Shown here one piece after another: positions 15,001 through 27,228 of a stretch of 64,000 nt of DNA (the first letter of the stretch is position 1; each line of letters starts with the position of its first letter). Made by a program: the position numbers and the translations under genes. This DNA is from Cycas panzhihuaensis (Eukaryota; Plantae; Cycadophyta). Location: positions 170,817,741-170,881,740 of the forward strand of contig CM041465.1 of NCBI GenBank assembly GCA_023213395.1. The letters are read 5' to 3'. The notes under the pieces are model-generated. The model worked only from the letters and a program-made list of their open reading frames with translations. It made no database searches and was not told where the DNA came from.

Positions 15001-16415
15001 GCCAATTAATTATCGATGGCTTTATAAGATAAAATTGCATACTAATGGCACCATTAAGAGTTACTAAGCTCACCTAGTTACAAAATGTTTTAAACAACTA
15101 AAGGGGATTGACTCTGAAGAAACCTTTGTACTCCTTTCTAACATGACCACATTATGTTTAGTGTTTTTACTTACAGCCTAATTTAACTAGCCCGTTTACT
15201 AGATGGATGTGAAGAGTGCCTTCCTAAATGGAGAACTCACTAAAGAAATTTTCTTAAAGAAACCTATTAGCTATGTTATTCTTGGAGAAAAACACCAAGT
15301 TTGCAAGCTCAAGAAAGCCCTCTATGGATTGAAGCAAGCACCATGTGTCTGGTATACTAAGATTAATACCTTCTTTAAGTAGCATGAATTCACTTGTTCA
15401 CCCTCTGATTTTAATCTCTACATTCAAATTAAGGGTAATCTGATCACTATCATAATGCTTTATGTGGATGAATTGGCTATAACTAGAAATGATAATGATG
15501 GAATAGCTTGGCTCCAATTAAAACTTAAAAGGAACTTTGAGATAATAGAGTTTGGGTTACTATATTATTTCCTTGGTATTGAGGTGTGGCAAGAATTTAG
15601 TCAAATATTCCTATCATAGTCTAAGTATTCAAATGAACTACTGTAGTGGTCTAGAATGGGTGACTATAAACCTTCTCCAATACCAATGGAAATATAGACC
15701 AAGTTAACTCTAGATGAATAAGACAAGCCCTTTGATCTTACCTTTTACCGATAGTTGGTTAGAAGTTTGATCTACCTTATTCACACTCGACTAGATATCT
15801 CTTATGCAATTGGGATCTATTCTAGGTATATGTCATAGCCTAAGGCATCATATTGGAAAGTCACCACTAGAATCCTCAAATACATCTAAGACACACTTTA
15901 GCTTAGCCTTGATTATAATCAAGTTGATAATCCTATTCTAAAAGGACATACAAATGCTTATTGGGCTGGTTGCCAAGACTCATGCCATTTCACATCAGGG
16001 TACTGCTTTGACATAAACTCAATTATAATCTCTTAGAGTTGTAAGAAATAACCAAAGATTGCTCTCTCCTCCATAGAAGTTGAATACAAAGTAGTTGTTC
16101 GTGTAACTTTTGATATGATTTGGCTACACAAGATTTTTGCAGAACTCGAACTTCATCAGACTTAAACCACCACTCTCTTTTATGATAATCAAAGTATTTT
16201 GAAGATGAAAAAGAACCATATTTTCCATGTGAGAACCAAACACATAGAGGTCTATCATCACTTCATCTATGAGCATGTATAAAATAGAGAAATTAACTTA
16301 GTGTACTGATCTACTAAGGACCAAATGGTAGATATCTTCACCAAAATACTTAGGAGATCAAAGTTTGAAAGGTTCAAGCACAACCTCAATATCAAAACAA
16401 ATAGAGCTATCATTA
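12051..16415 (+). pseudogene. gag-pol of copia 1 (degenerate)
   Basis: WLIDSGTTYHMT protease ~13147, integrase ~13860-14300, MDVKSAFLNG ~15203, LYGLKQAP ~15320, LYVD ~15458, RNase H RTKHIE..HH ~16232. Confidence 0.9.
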
Positions 16416-16422
16416 AGGGAGG

Positions 16423-16824
16423 TGTTAAAATATTTAATGACACCTTATTTATAATTATATTTTTATGTATCTTATACCATGATGTAATTCAAACATAATG
16501 TAATATTATGTCAAGCCCATCCCCTTGCCAAATAATGGGCTAATAATATTGGCCTGCTATATCTGCCAATAAGATTTATTTGTAAAGTGTATCTTGGTCC
16601 ATAAATTAAACTTGAATGCCCTTATTTGTACATTGAATTCTTGTGTATATAAAGGCTTTACTAGAATATAGATCAACAACATAATCAGTTTGCCTATCAC
16701 AGTTCTTTATAATTAATTTGCTTTGTTTTGTTGTCTATTGTATGTTATTTATGTTGTTTCTACTTTCATATCTTTCATATTTGTATACACATATGTTATC
16801 TTAATCATATTTATAAATTTTACA
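16423..16824 (+). repeat. 3' LTR of copia 1
   Basis: TG..CA, preceded by PPT, homologous to 3043-3454. Confidence 0.92.
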
Positions 16825-17897
16825 CTAAGGTCCTCAATAGAACTTTAGAGACATAACTTCGTTGTTTTGCCTGAGAACACCAAAATTGATGGACCACTTG
16901 ATTAGCTCTAATAGAATACTAGTATAATTTCTCATACCACTCTCTAATTGGCATGCCCTCCTTCAAGGCCCTATATAGCTATGATACCTTCCCATCAAAC
17001 ATTGGTTACTAACTTGTGTACAACCTCGATACAACAAAAATTATAAGATATAGGTAAAATTCTAAACACCCTCAAACAAAACTTGGCAATGGCTTAGAGT
17101 CATATGAAGTAGCTTGCTAACTACCACTACTCTGATTGAACATTTTCTATTGATGATATGGTCTTTATTCGCCTCTAATCATATAAATAGGAATCAATCA
17201 CTCCACCACAACAAAAATCATAAGCTTAATCCTCGATACTATGGTTCTTATAAGGTCAGCCAATGTATTGGTGAAGTCACTTATACCCTTGAACTCCCTT
17301 CTGACATGCCTCAAAATGCTCTTTGAAAAGTCTATTGTACTGTAGACCACTCTCCTAACCCTTGCTGAAGAGTAATACCTAACTATTCTGCCAGACTATA
17401 TTTTAGAAACTAAATACCGCCATCTCAAAATAGGATTATTTCTAAGCAATTGGTATAATTGATTGGCAACAGACTTGAGAAAGTGGAATGGGAGCTAGAT
17501 GAATTCATCAAGCAACATCCACATTTATTATGCTATGGGGACTCAATGTCTCAAGGGAGGGGACCTATTATATAACCACTAGTGGTTGGAAAAACTCTTG
17601 TGAATGTACTCCTTGTCAATAAGAAATAGATATTAATATTGACCATTAAAATATGTACGTAGGCTGCTTTGAGCCACCAATAGAAATAAATGTCGAATGC
17701 CTCTCCAATAAGATTCATTAACTAAATAATCATTTTGCCTATTTAAGGCCCTATGGATGTAAAAGAAGATTAATTTGGAATATCAAATTACTACTGCCCA
17801 TTTGGTACGATCTTGTGCTGTTCATTTGTATTCTTTGTGTATTATATTATTCTATTTATTATTCAAGTGTAAAGAAATACCAAGAGGAATCATATCA
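16825..17897 (+). mobile_element. Gypsy A 3' part (integrase C-terminus, PPT, 3' LTR 17566-17897)
   Basis: KLNPRYYGSYKV motif, PPT aagggaggggacc 17553-17565, LTR homologous to 38162-38505 and 45556-45705. Confidence 0.85.
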
Positions 17898-18815
17898 TTT
17901 TTAGTTCTTAGTAGTTGTCAATTTTAGCTACAACTCTAAACTTTGTATTAGGTTTCTATCTTTTTTAAGAGACCACCCTAATATATACTTAGTTTTGTAA
18001 TGTTGTACTATAATATATGGTTATTTTTTGGGAGGATAGGGTTGGCATAGAGAGAATCTTTATTTGGATCATCATTAAGTAATTATGTTAGTTAATGTTT
18101 AAGCCATTATTTAGTTATTATTCATGTTACTATCTAAATCTCTATTTGAATTATGTATGAACGTCTATTTAAGTTATTTTTAGCCTTTTTTTTTGTTATA
18201 ATAAGACTTTAATTGAGTCTATATTTATGTTTGCATTTAGAACATTGTTAAGGTCACTATTTGGACCATTTTTAGGCGGTCACCATTGGTTAAGAAATTT
18301 AGTCGAGTCTTAATTCACTAATAAGCCATAAATATGGCTATATTAGCAACTATTTTACTGATCTTAGTAGGGCTTGGAAAAAAGAAGAAGTGAAGAATAA
18401 GGTTAATAATTTGGTTATTAGTCCACCTTCTATATTAACATTTGCCTTCTATCTATATTGTATTATAGATTTTGACTCTTGTAACCATATATTTTCATTT
18501 TGTATATGTGTGTGTGTGTGAAGGAGACTAACAGTCAAAATTTATAACATTCACTTTCACCTTTAAGATTTATTTGTGATTTTAATTTTCACTATCCTTT
18601 CTTGTGTTTGTTCTACCATGCTTAATATTTTATCGAACATTTGATTCTTATCATTGTATTTATTCTACAGTATGATATGCTTTTTTTAACAATTCAATTA
18701 TAAAAATCATATAATCTAAAAAGTAATTAAATATAGAGAAAGTAATTAAATGTAGAGAAATATAAAAATTATATAATTTTAAACTTTCATTTTTAAAATA
18801 ATTATTTTATTCATA

Positions 18816-18978
18816 TTTTTTTTTAACGATATGTACTGAGCAAATGGAATCTAATCTCTGTTTATCGAGGTTTGTCACCCTATCATCTAGTTCTTCTCTA
18901 TAATCCTTTGTGGGGGTCAAACTTGGAACTTCCAACACCTTATGGTATATACTTATCGATACACCCCAACATCTAACC
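18816..18978 (-). mobile_element. tRNA-derived SINE (~163 bp)
   Basis: 14-bp direct repeats ttattttattcata at 18802-18815 and 18979-18992, A9 tail on the minus strand, degenerate A-box (tggggtgtatcg) and B-box (agtttgacccc) at tRNA-like spacing. Confidence 0.7.
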
Positions 18979-20569
18979 TTATTTTATTCATAACTAAAAG
19001 AGAGGAATATTAATAGAAAAAAAATTATGAAATCTTTGGATAGTCGATTGAGACATAATTTAAAACTTTTTAATTCTAATCAATTCTAACTATAGATGTT
19101 CTTATGTGTATTTATTAGCCTTGAACAATTACTATTATCTATTATATATGTACATACATTTACATTTAGGTATTAGTTACATAGATGAAGTAAACTGGGG
19201 ATAGGTGTAATTAGTACTATCACTACCACCTTGAAGATGACTCATCTGTAGAATGATTTAAAAATTTTAAAACTATATGCAAATATAAGAGGCATTTAAA
19301 TACAAAAGGTGATATTAATTTTTAAATGTAGTTTTGATTTTAAAAATAATTTTGGTCTTCATTGTTAGCATATGCAAGTGTGAATCTAAAAGCATTTTGT
19401 TCTATTTGTTGTCTTTATTATTGGAAAAGTCCTATATTCATGCAAAATGAAGAATTAAGGTAGAAGAAAATGTTTAGTGTATCTAAAAGTTGCCTCCAGA
19501 ATTATTTTGATTTATGGGGCCTTACCCTATTAACATTTAGGGTTAAATATATACACCTACCAGACTTTGAGCAAGCTTAGGCACGTGAAACAGTAAGTTT
19601 TTGTACCCTTAAAAGGAACTTGTGCACACTAAGCAGATGTGCTTATTTAGGAAATCAAATGCTTATACCTTAGTCATTATAACATAGGTTTCACAATTTT
19701 TGGGCAATATTTTCAAGGATAAGACCATGAAAGGAGAGAGGTAATGATGAATTTTAGAAATAACAATATATATCTTGATTTTGTGTATAAGTTTTTTAAG
19801 GAGACATGAACATAAGCATATGAACTTCTCTTTACTTGGGCATTTCCACCTTAGTGTACCTCTAGTTATTGTCCTATATTGTGCACTTATTATGACTCTC
19901 TTACCTATCTTATTTTTAGTATTTATGTACAATTTTCAAGGATTAGATGGAGGAATAAGAGAAGTGTCGATAAATTTCAATGTAACTTTAAAGGTGATTC
20001 TAATAGTGCTAATGCACTTGTAGCTTCTTAACCACATACATATGCATGCCATGATTCACTCCTATTTATATCCCATAGCACTTTGATTCTTATGTCCATG
20101 ACTTGACTTATGCTTGTATTTTAGCCACATATATTTTCATTATAAATTTATATGCATATTGGTTTAAATGATATTGTGACAACATCATTGAATGACCTTT
20201 TGTTTCACATTAAATATGCACATATGAATTTGGAGGAAAGTAGAACGTTAAAGTCTATGGTCTTCTCCTTTGTGTTGAATATGTATTCATTATTGTTTTG
20301 AATTTGCTTTGATTATCATTGCCACCCAATTAAAATTTCCTCATTATTTCTAGATACCATTTTATTGAGTGCAAGTTGCATTTGTTTCTCCTCTTTTTTT
20401 CTTTGTGTTTCAGTTATTCAACCTAGATTGCTTGTAGTATGGAACACGTTATTTGTACTTACCTTATCACACTACTTGTATTCCTTAATTGCCTAGAATT
20501 ATTGGGCTAGATTCTTGACTATGTGAATTTAAGATGCATGTATGCATATGAGCTCAAGGCAGATCAAGG

Positions 20570-20709
20570 CATTAAAGTGTGTGGCATGTTGGCTTCTTTG
20601 TATACATAGTTTATATTCCTAGTCCCTTCTCATCCTTGTCATTAAAGTGTGTGGCATGTTGACTTCTTTATATACATAGTTTATATTCCTAGTCCCTTCT
20701 CATCCTTGT
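20570..20709. repeat. 70-bp tandem duplication in the RLK promoter, copy 1
   Basis: cattaaagtgtgtggcatgttg...catccttgt twice; also present at 47209-47348. Confidence 0.9.
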
Positions 20710-20920
20710 CACATATTATAATTGTAGTTGTCAAGTCAATTTTACCTACAACATGTTGTATCCATGCATCTTCCCTTTTCTAATGTTGCTTGACTAATTT
20801 AAACCCCATTTAGAAGCATATGTGGCTTACTTAAGTGGTCAAGTTTCTTTTTGGGTCAACCACTCTCTCTTCATGGGTATTCACACTTGGGATACATTTA
20901 TCTTTGATTGCCTATATATA
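20659..20920 (+). promoter_or_regulatory. W-box cluster and TATA box of RLK copy 1
   Basis: TTGACY on either strand at 20659, 20734, 20790, 20837 and 20854; TATATATA at 20913; ATG at 20978. Confidence 0.6.
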
Positions 20921-20977
20921 TGAGTTTGAAGGAGGTTAACCCACACATAGCCCTAAGATACATTTTCATTTTTGAAG

Positions 20978-22786
20978 ATGCATCTCTTATTGTTATTTGT
21001 TCTGTCCTGTCTTAGATTCCTTCTATGATGCTCAACCCTTGCCCAAGCATCTCATTTTAATCCTCATCCCCACCTCAACAATGCTACTGATTGGCAGTCT
21101 CTTTTGGCATTCAAGGCTTCGATCATGTCTGATCCTAACGATGTATTAGGCAATTGGGATTCTAATGTAACCTTCTGCAATTGGAGAGGCATTTGGTGCA
21201 GTTCAAGAAGAGAAAGAGTGGTGGTCATAAATCTCCAAAGCAAGGGCTTAAGAGGGACCATCACCCCCTTTTTAAAAAATCTATCGTTTTTGCATTCTCT
21301 ACGACTTGGTAATAATAGTTTTTATGGTCCCATTCCACACGAATTAGGAAGCCTCCGCCGGTTAAGAACCCTTTCGTTGCCGCTAAACGAGTTAGAGGGT
21401 CCCATTCCGACGGCACTCGCTAATTGTAGCAAACTGGAAATCTTAGCTCTCTCGTTCAACGGAATCATTCCGCCTGAGCTATCTCTTCTGACAGGTTTAC
21501 AGATACTTTACCTTGATCAAAGCAACCTCAAGGGAACCATTCCTCCATCGTTCGGAAACCTCTCTGCCCTGGTGGAATTGGACTTGGGGGTGAACAATCT
21601 CCAGGGTGTCATTCCCCCTCGGTTGGGTCTCCTCATCAATCTACAGTCCCTTTCGATTAGCGAGAATCACCTGAGCGGACACATTCCACCGTCCCTCTCC
21701 AACTGCACTGCCCTCTTCGAATTGGGTTTGTACGACAACCATTTGACGAGAACGATTTCCGTGGAGTTGGGCGCCAGACTCCTCAATCTGCAATTACTCT
21801 CTCTCTGGAAGAACCAGCTGAGTGGTAGCATTCCGGAGTCTGTGGGCAATTGTACGCAACTCACAAAGCTTGCCCTGAATAAGAATCAACTGACAGGTGC
21901 AGTGCCGGTGGCCTTGGGTAAGTTGCATCTTCTTGAACGCCTTTATTTGCATAATAATCGACTTGTCAGCGGTGACGGATTGCCCGTTCTCACGGCACTC
22001 GCCAATTGCTCCATCCTCCAAGAAATACATTTGAATTCCAATAATCTCACGGGCGTGTTGCCCCCTTCCATAGGCCGACTGTCTACCAATCTCTCCGTTT
22101 TGCGCCTGCAAATCAATCGCATTGGACGAAACATTCCTCCGCAGATTGGGAACCTCAAGAGCCTGTACCACCTGGATTTAAGTAGCAATCTCTTTAACGG
22201 CGCCCTCCCACCAGCACTCAAAGGACTGGTAAACTTGCAAAGATTGCATCTGGACAACTACAGACTTCAAGGAAGCATTCCAAGAGAGATCGGTTATCTG
22301 AGTAACCTTGGAGAGTTGTACTTGGGCAATAATAGGATCTCCGGACAAATTCCTTCCTCTGTTGGCGATCTTCAACAACTGAGATACCTTGATCTCCATC
22401 AAAACCAATTGACAGGAAGGATACCGGAGACTCTCGGAAATTGTTGGCGTATGGAATTGCTAGATCTGTCCTACAACAGATTCAGTGAAGTCATACCGCC
22501 AAATGTTGCCGGCCTTCCAAATTTACTTAAATATTTCAATTTGTCTAGCAACTCTCTGCGAGGCTCCTTGCCTTTGGAGATCGGTCAGATGGCAAAGGTC
22601 TTAGCTATAGATATTTCTATGAATCGCTTAGACGGTGCCATTCCGGGCACCCTTGGAAGTTGCTCGGCTCTACAATACCTCAATCTTTCTCACAATGCAT
22701 TAGAAGGGGGTATGTCTCCAGATTCGTTTGGCCAACTAAGAAGTCTCCAAGACATGGATCTCTCTTTCAATGGCAGAGTTTGGTAG
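20978..22786 (+). pseudogene. LRR-XII receptor kinase copy 1: ectodomain only, nonsense at codon 17, truncated
   Basis: Signal-peptide region contains TGA 21026-21028 (TCA in copy 2), LRRNT FCNWRGIWC, about 20 plant LRRs, 9-nt in-frame deletion at ~21460. Homology to copy 2 ends at 22774 (=49422); stop TAG 22784-22786 comes from the fused TE. Confidence 0.92.
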
Positions 22787-25700
22787 CCAAGATGTGGTAG
22801 GACGGCGAGAGATACCTATAGAGAGTCAAAAATAGGGATATTTTAATGGTTGAATGATGTGAGGAGTTGTACCAATACTCAGCTAGGGCTAGCCATGATG
22901 TCTATTTAGACTAGTGGTTAGATGCAAAGCAACATAAGTAGGTTTCTAGAGTTTTGTTAAGGACCTTGCATTGGCCATCGGTTTGTGGATGGTATGCCGA
23001 ACTCATGTTGAATGATGTTCCCGATGCATAGAATAGCTCATTCCAAAAGGAGTTAGTGAATTTAGGGTTGCAGTCATATATGATAGTGGATGGAAAACTG
23101 TATAAATGAAATATTGCCTAGATATAAATATTAGTGATATGTGGAGCCTTATAGGTTGTGTGGACAGGTAAGAAGTGGGTATATTTTATCAACTTATTTA
23201 TGACTACTAAAATAGAGTCAGATCTGACAGACAGTGGTAAGCCTGTTATAAAGTCCATCGAAATATCTTGCTATTTACCTGGTGGGATATGCAATAGTTG
23301 AAGGAGGCTTCATTGGGTTTCATATTAGCTTTGTTACATTGGCATGTATCACATTCTGAGACAAAGGTAAGGATGGTGGATTTAATTTATAGCCAAAAGA
23401 AATTAGAACGTATCATACGATAAGTTTTATCAAAACTATAATGACCACCAAGAGGGGAAGAATGATATTCTGATAAAATCCACAGAATAAAAGATGAGTG
23501 GGGGTGTACAAATATGTGATTTTAGTATAAGAGAAGATTATTATGGATGGACCAATCTTTATAAGTATGGACCTTATCAACCCAGTGCACGAAATCAGGT
23601 TGGGTTTGGTTAGCCATATCTAAGTCCTATATCTATGTTAGTTGTGGGTAAGAAATAACATAAATGATGGGGTCCTCAGTGTGACCTGTGTTATCATCAA
23701 GTGTAGGGGAAGGTAGCCTTAAGAGATCATTTTTCACAATGTTATCTTTTCTCCTTTTATATGTGATTGTAAAATTGAAAACTTGGAGGCGGTCGACCCA
23801 TTTAGCCTACTCTTCTGAGAGGACTGGTTGATCTAGTAAGCGACGAAAGCTATGATGATTAGTGAGGATGGTAAATTTAGAACCAAGTAGATACTATCGC
23901 CATTTGTCAACAGCATGGAAGATGACCTGCATTTTTTTTTATAGGTAGATAGTCTAAACTCATGATCTTTGAGTTTCCAACTTTTAAAGGTGATAGGGTA
24001 GAAGTCTTGCATTAAGACTGCACCCAATCCAAACCCAGAGGCATCACATTCTAATTGGAAAGGTCGATTAAAGTTAGGAGAGGCCAAAACTAGGGTGGTT
24101 ATCATAACCTCCTTTGTATGAAGGAAGGCCTCATTGGGTGATGGGGACCATTGTAAGGAATCCTTTCAAAGTAAGTGGGTTAAGAGGGTGGTTAGTGTGG
24201 CATAATTTCAAACAAACTGACGATAGAATTCAGTAAGTCCTAAGAAAGCCCATAATTGGATCAAGGTTTTTGGGCTTGGCCAATTAGTGATGACAGAGAT
24301 TTTATTGGGATCCACATGAACCCCTACAAAGGATATAATAAGACCAAGGTATTATAGTTCAGATTTCCCAAACTCATATTTGGAGGGTTTAGCATACAAT
24401 TTATTCTTAGTTAGGATTTGAATGACTGTTTCTAAATGTGGGATGTGAGTAGGTGTGTTTGAGCTATAGATAAGAATATCATTGAAGAAGACGATAATAA
24501 ATTTTCATAGGTATAAGGAAAAGATCTTGTTCATAAGGGCCTAAAAGGTGGCTTGAGCATTACATAAGCTAAAGGACATGACCTAGAACTCAAAGTAGCC
24601 ATGGTGGGTTCAGAAAGTCATTTTATGTTGATCCTCTAATAAGATAAGGATTTAGTAATATCCTAACTGTAAATTGAGTTTGGTAAAAATTGCAACACAA
24701 TGGATCTCATCTAACATGTCATCGATTCATAGTGTGGAGAACTTATTTTTTATGGTGATTTTATTGAGTGCATGATAGTCAACGTAAAGTCAGAAAGAGC
24801 CATCCTGTTTGTGAACTAAAACGATGGGTGCCACATATGGGCTTTTACTAGGTTGGATGATACCCATATCCAATAATTCCTTTGTGATTTTATTGATTTA
24901 ATTTTTTGGAAATAGGAGTTCTTATATGGTCAAAGGCTAGTCTGGTCATGTGAATTTTGTAACTCAATAGTATGATAACAACCTTAATCGGATGGGGGGC
25001 TGGCAGGTAACAAAGTAAACATAGATTGGTATCGATCTAATACTTGCTAGATATGAGGGTGAATACTTGAAGGGGCTTAGATATGGTTGAGACGAACGAT
25101 GTATTCTATGTTCCTATTCAGTTATCAACACATTCAAGTGGGTGAGATTACTTTGTTTGGGAGGGCTTACATCCCATAAAGTTTATGTGAGCAACCTATG
25201 TGATCTTTGAACATAATGAATGGGGTTGTGGATGAGTTAATGGTGCTATAAGTTCCTAGAGCTTAGAGCCATTGTACGCTAAGAATTGCATCTGACCCGC
25301 TTATAGACATGGTATAAAAATTAGAGAGAAAGGTATATAAGCCAATGTGGACCATGAGGTTTTTTATTCTTCCTGCACAATGAAGGGTGTGATGACCAGG
25401 TAAGGATCAAGTAAAGCCTATTTTAGGTTTTATGTAAAGGTTTAACTGTCAAGAAATGGAGATATTGATGAAATTTAGTGATGCACCACCATTGATCAAA
25501 ATGGTAATTAGGGTTTTTTAAAGTATTCCTTTAACTCATAACGATTCAGGATATACAATGGAGGTAACAGTTAATAAGGAAACTTCAGGTTTAGGATTTT
25601 GGGGTTACTCATTAGTAGGGTGGTCTTGGGGTCATCATCATATTCATGCTCAGTCTAAGGGTCATCTTCCAAAGATAAGTCTAGGTCAATTGTGGAGACC

Positions 25701-27193
25701 ATCTTCCTAGCTTTGTAGATTCTACCATGACTAGAGGTCAATTTTTTAAAATATTGTATACGTAGACGGGTTTCCCAATGACATTATGCCTCTACTAGAG
25801 TGATGTGTATAGACCTCAAAGATGGTTCCTTAATACACTGCTTGAAAGATATAGATGGGATGTTATCTGGTTGTGGTTGCGATTATTGGTAGTAAGTTGG
25901 ACGTGGTCTTTAGGACCAGGCAGTATCATCTTGTTAGGATCATGAAAGCCAGGTGGAGTCTCATTTAAATGGAGGAGGCCTTTCTATGACAAACTCTGCT
26001 CCTACTACTTTGGCCATATTAATTGCATATTTTAGAGTAAAGAGGGGGACTGCCTTTAGGCGTATTTGGATACCTTCTTTAAGCCTAGACACATATGTAT
26101 CTATCTTTGTCTATTTATCAAGTTGTTGATTAACCTGATTATATAAAGATTGGAACTCATCAGTGTATACTTTGACAGAGGATACTTGCTTCAATTGTGT
26201 CAGTTGTGTGAAAAAAGATTGGTTCCAAGTGTCTTCATAGTGTTAAAAAGAATAGGTAGAGAAGTGTGTCTAAGGATGGCTAGAAGGGTACTCTCACTTC
26301 CACCATTGGAACCAATGGTGTGCCTTCCCATCTAAGTGGATGGAAGCAAGTATAAGTTGTTCATTTACTGACATTGGGTTGAGTGTAAAGTAGGACTCTA
26401 GTTTACTAATCTAACTTCGTGCACTGTCCTTATTGAGATCTGGATCTAATGTGGGTATGTTGATCTTATGATGAAATGGTTGCTATTGACATGGAGGCGT
26501 AGTTATGATTTATTATTATATAGGGATGACTAGCGATAGAGGAGATAATTTATTCAACTTTTGAAGTACCTATTAGACATTATCATAGGATGCTAGGTTT
26601 GACAATTTTGAGGTAAATTCTGTCCATATGGTAGCTACTTCATTTTTAACCTCCTCGTGCATGTAGTTAAAATCTTCCTTGATTTTTTTCTGAATGTTGG
26701 TGACTTAGGTCTCAAGTGTCAAGATTTTTTCACTATTGCTTTAAGGAGCCATGGAGAAAAGGCGCAAAGAGGCGGGAATAGGTAGAAAGAAGGGGGATAA
26801 ATGAAGTAAGAAAGATCAAGAAAGAAGGAGACATAAGAATTAGGGAGTTATTAAGGGGTAGAGAAGGGGGCAAATAGGGGGATTGTGGGGTGTTTATAGC
26901 CTGTTAACCCAAAAAATTTACAAAAGTAAGAGATCAAATTCTCTTGAACAAGTGTGAAATGCTCATTCAGATGGGGTAAATGAGGTGTGTGTGGGGGGGG
27001 GGGTGGTGGGGCCCATCAGTGACCAGGTACTGAAAAACGTGAAAATTACTGGTATGTACTAACCTAGTGCAAATTGACCAATACAATGTACTCATCGAAA
27101 TAAGGTATATAGTTGTAAGGGTAAATTTTCTCACTAAACTAAGTGGAGTTTTTTTTTTTTTTTGTCTTCACTTTTTTTTTGCTTTCTTTTTCT

Positions 27194-27228
<35 letters not shown>

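Larger units (their letters stand above)
3043..16824 (+). mobile_element. Full-length degenerate Ty1/copia element inserted in the gypsy A integrase
   Basis: LTRs TG..CA at 3043-3454 and 16423-16824, PBS-like tggtgtcaaag at 3455, PPT aagggagg before 16423, TSD ttaag (3038-3042) / ctaag (16825-16829). The host frame resumes with gtcctcaatagaactttagag (VLNRTLE). Confidence 0.92.

Noticed and set aside
17900-18700. Possible additional solo LTR
   Set aside because: No termini, TSD or second copy could be identified.
19775-20023. 82-aa hydrophobic ORF repeated at 46419-46667
   Set aside because: TTG start, no recognisable domain; its conservation matches the surrounding duplicated DNA.
21667-22408. 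Antisense ORFs over the LRR exon, repeated at 48315-49056
   Set aside because: Shadow frames of a GC-richer coding sequence.
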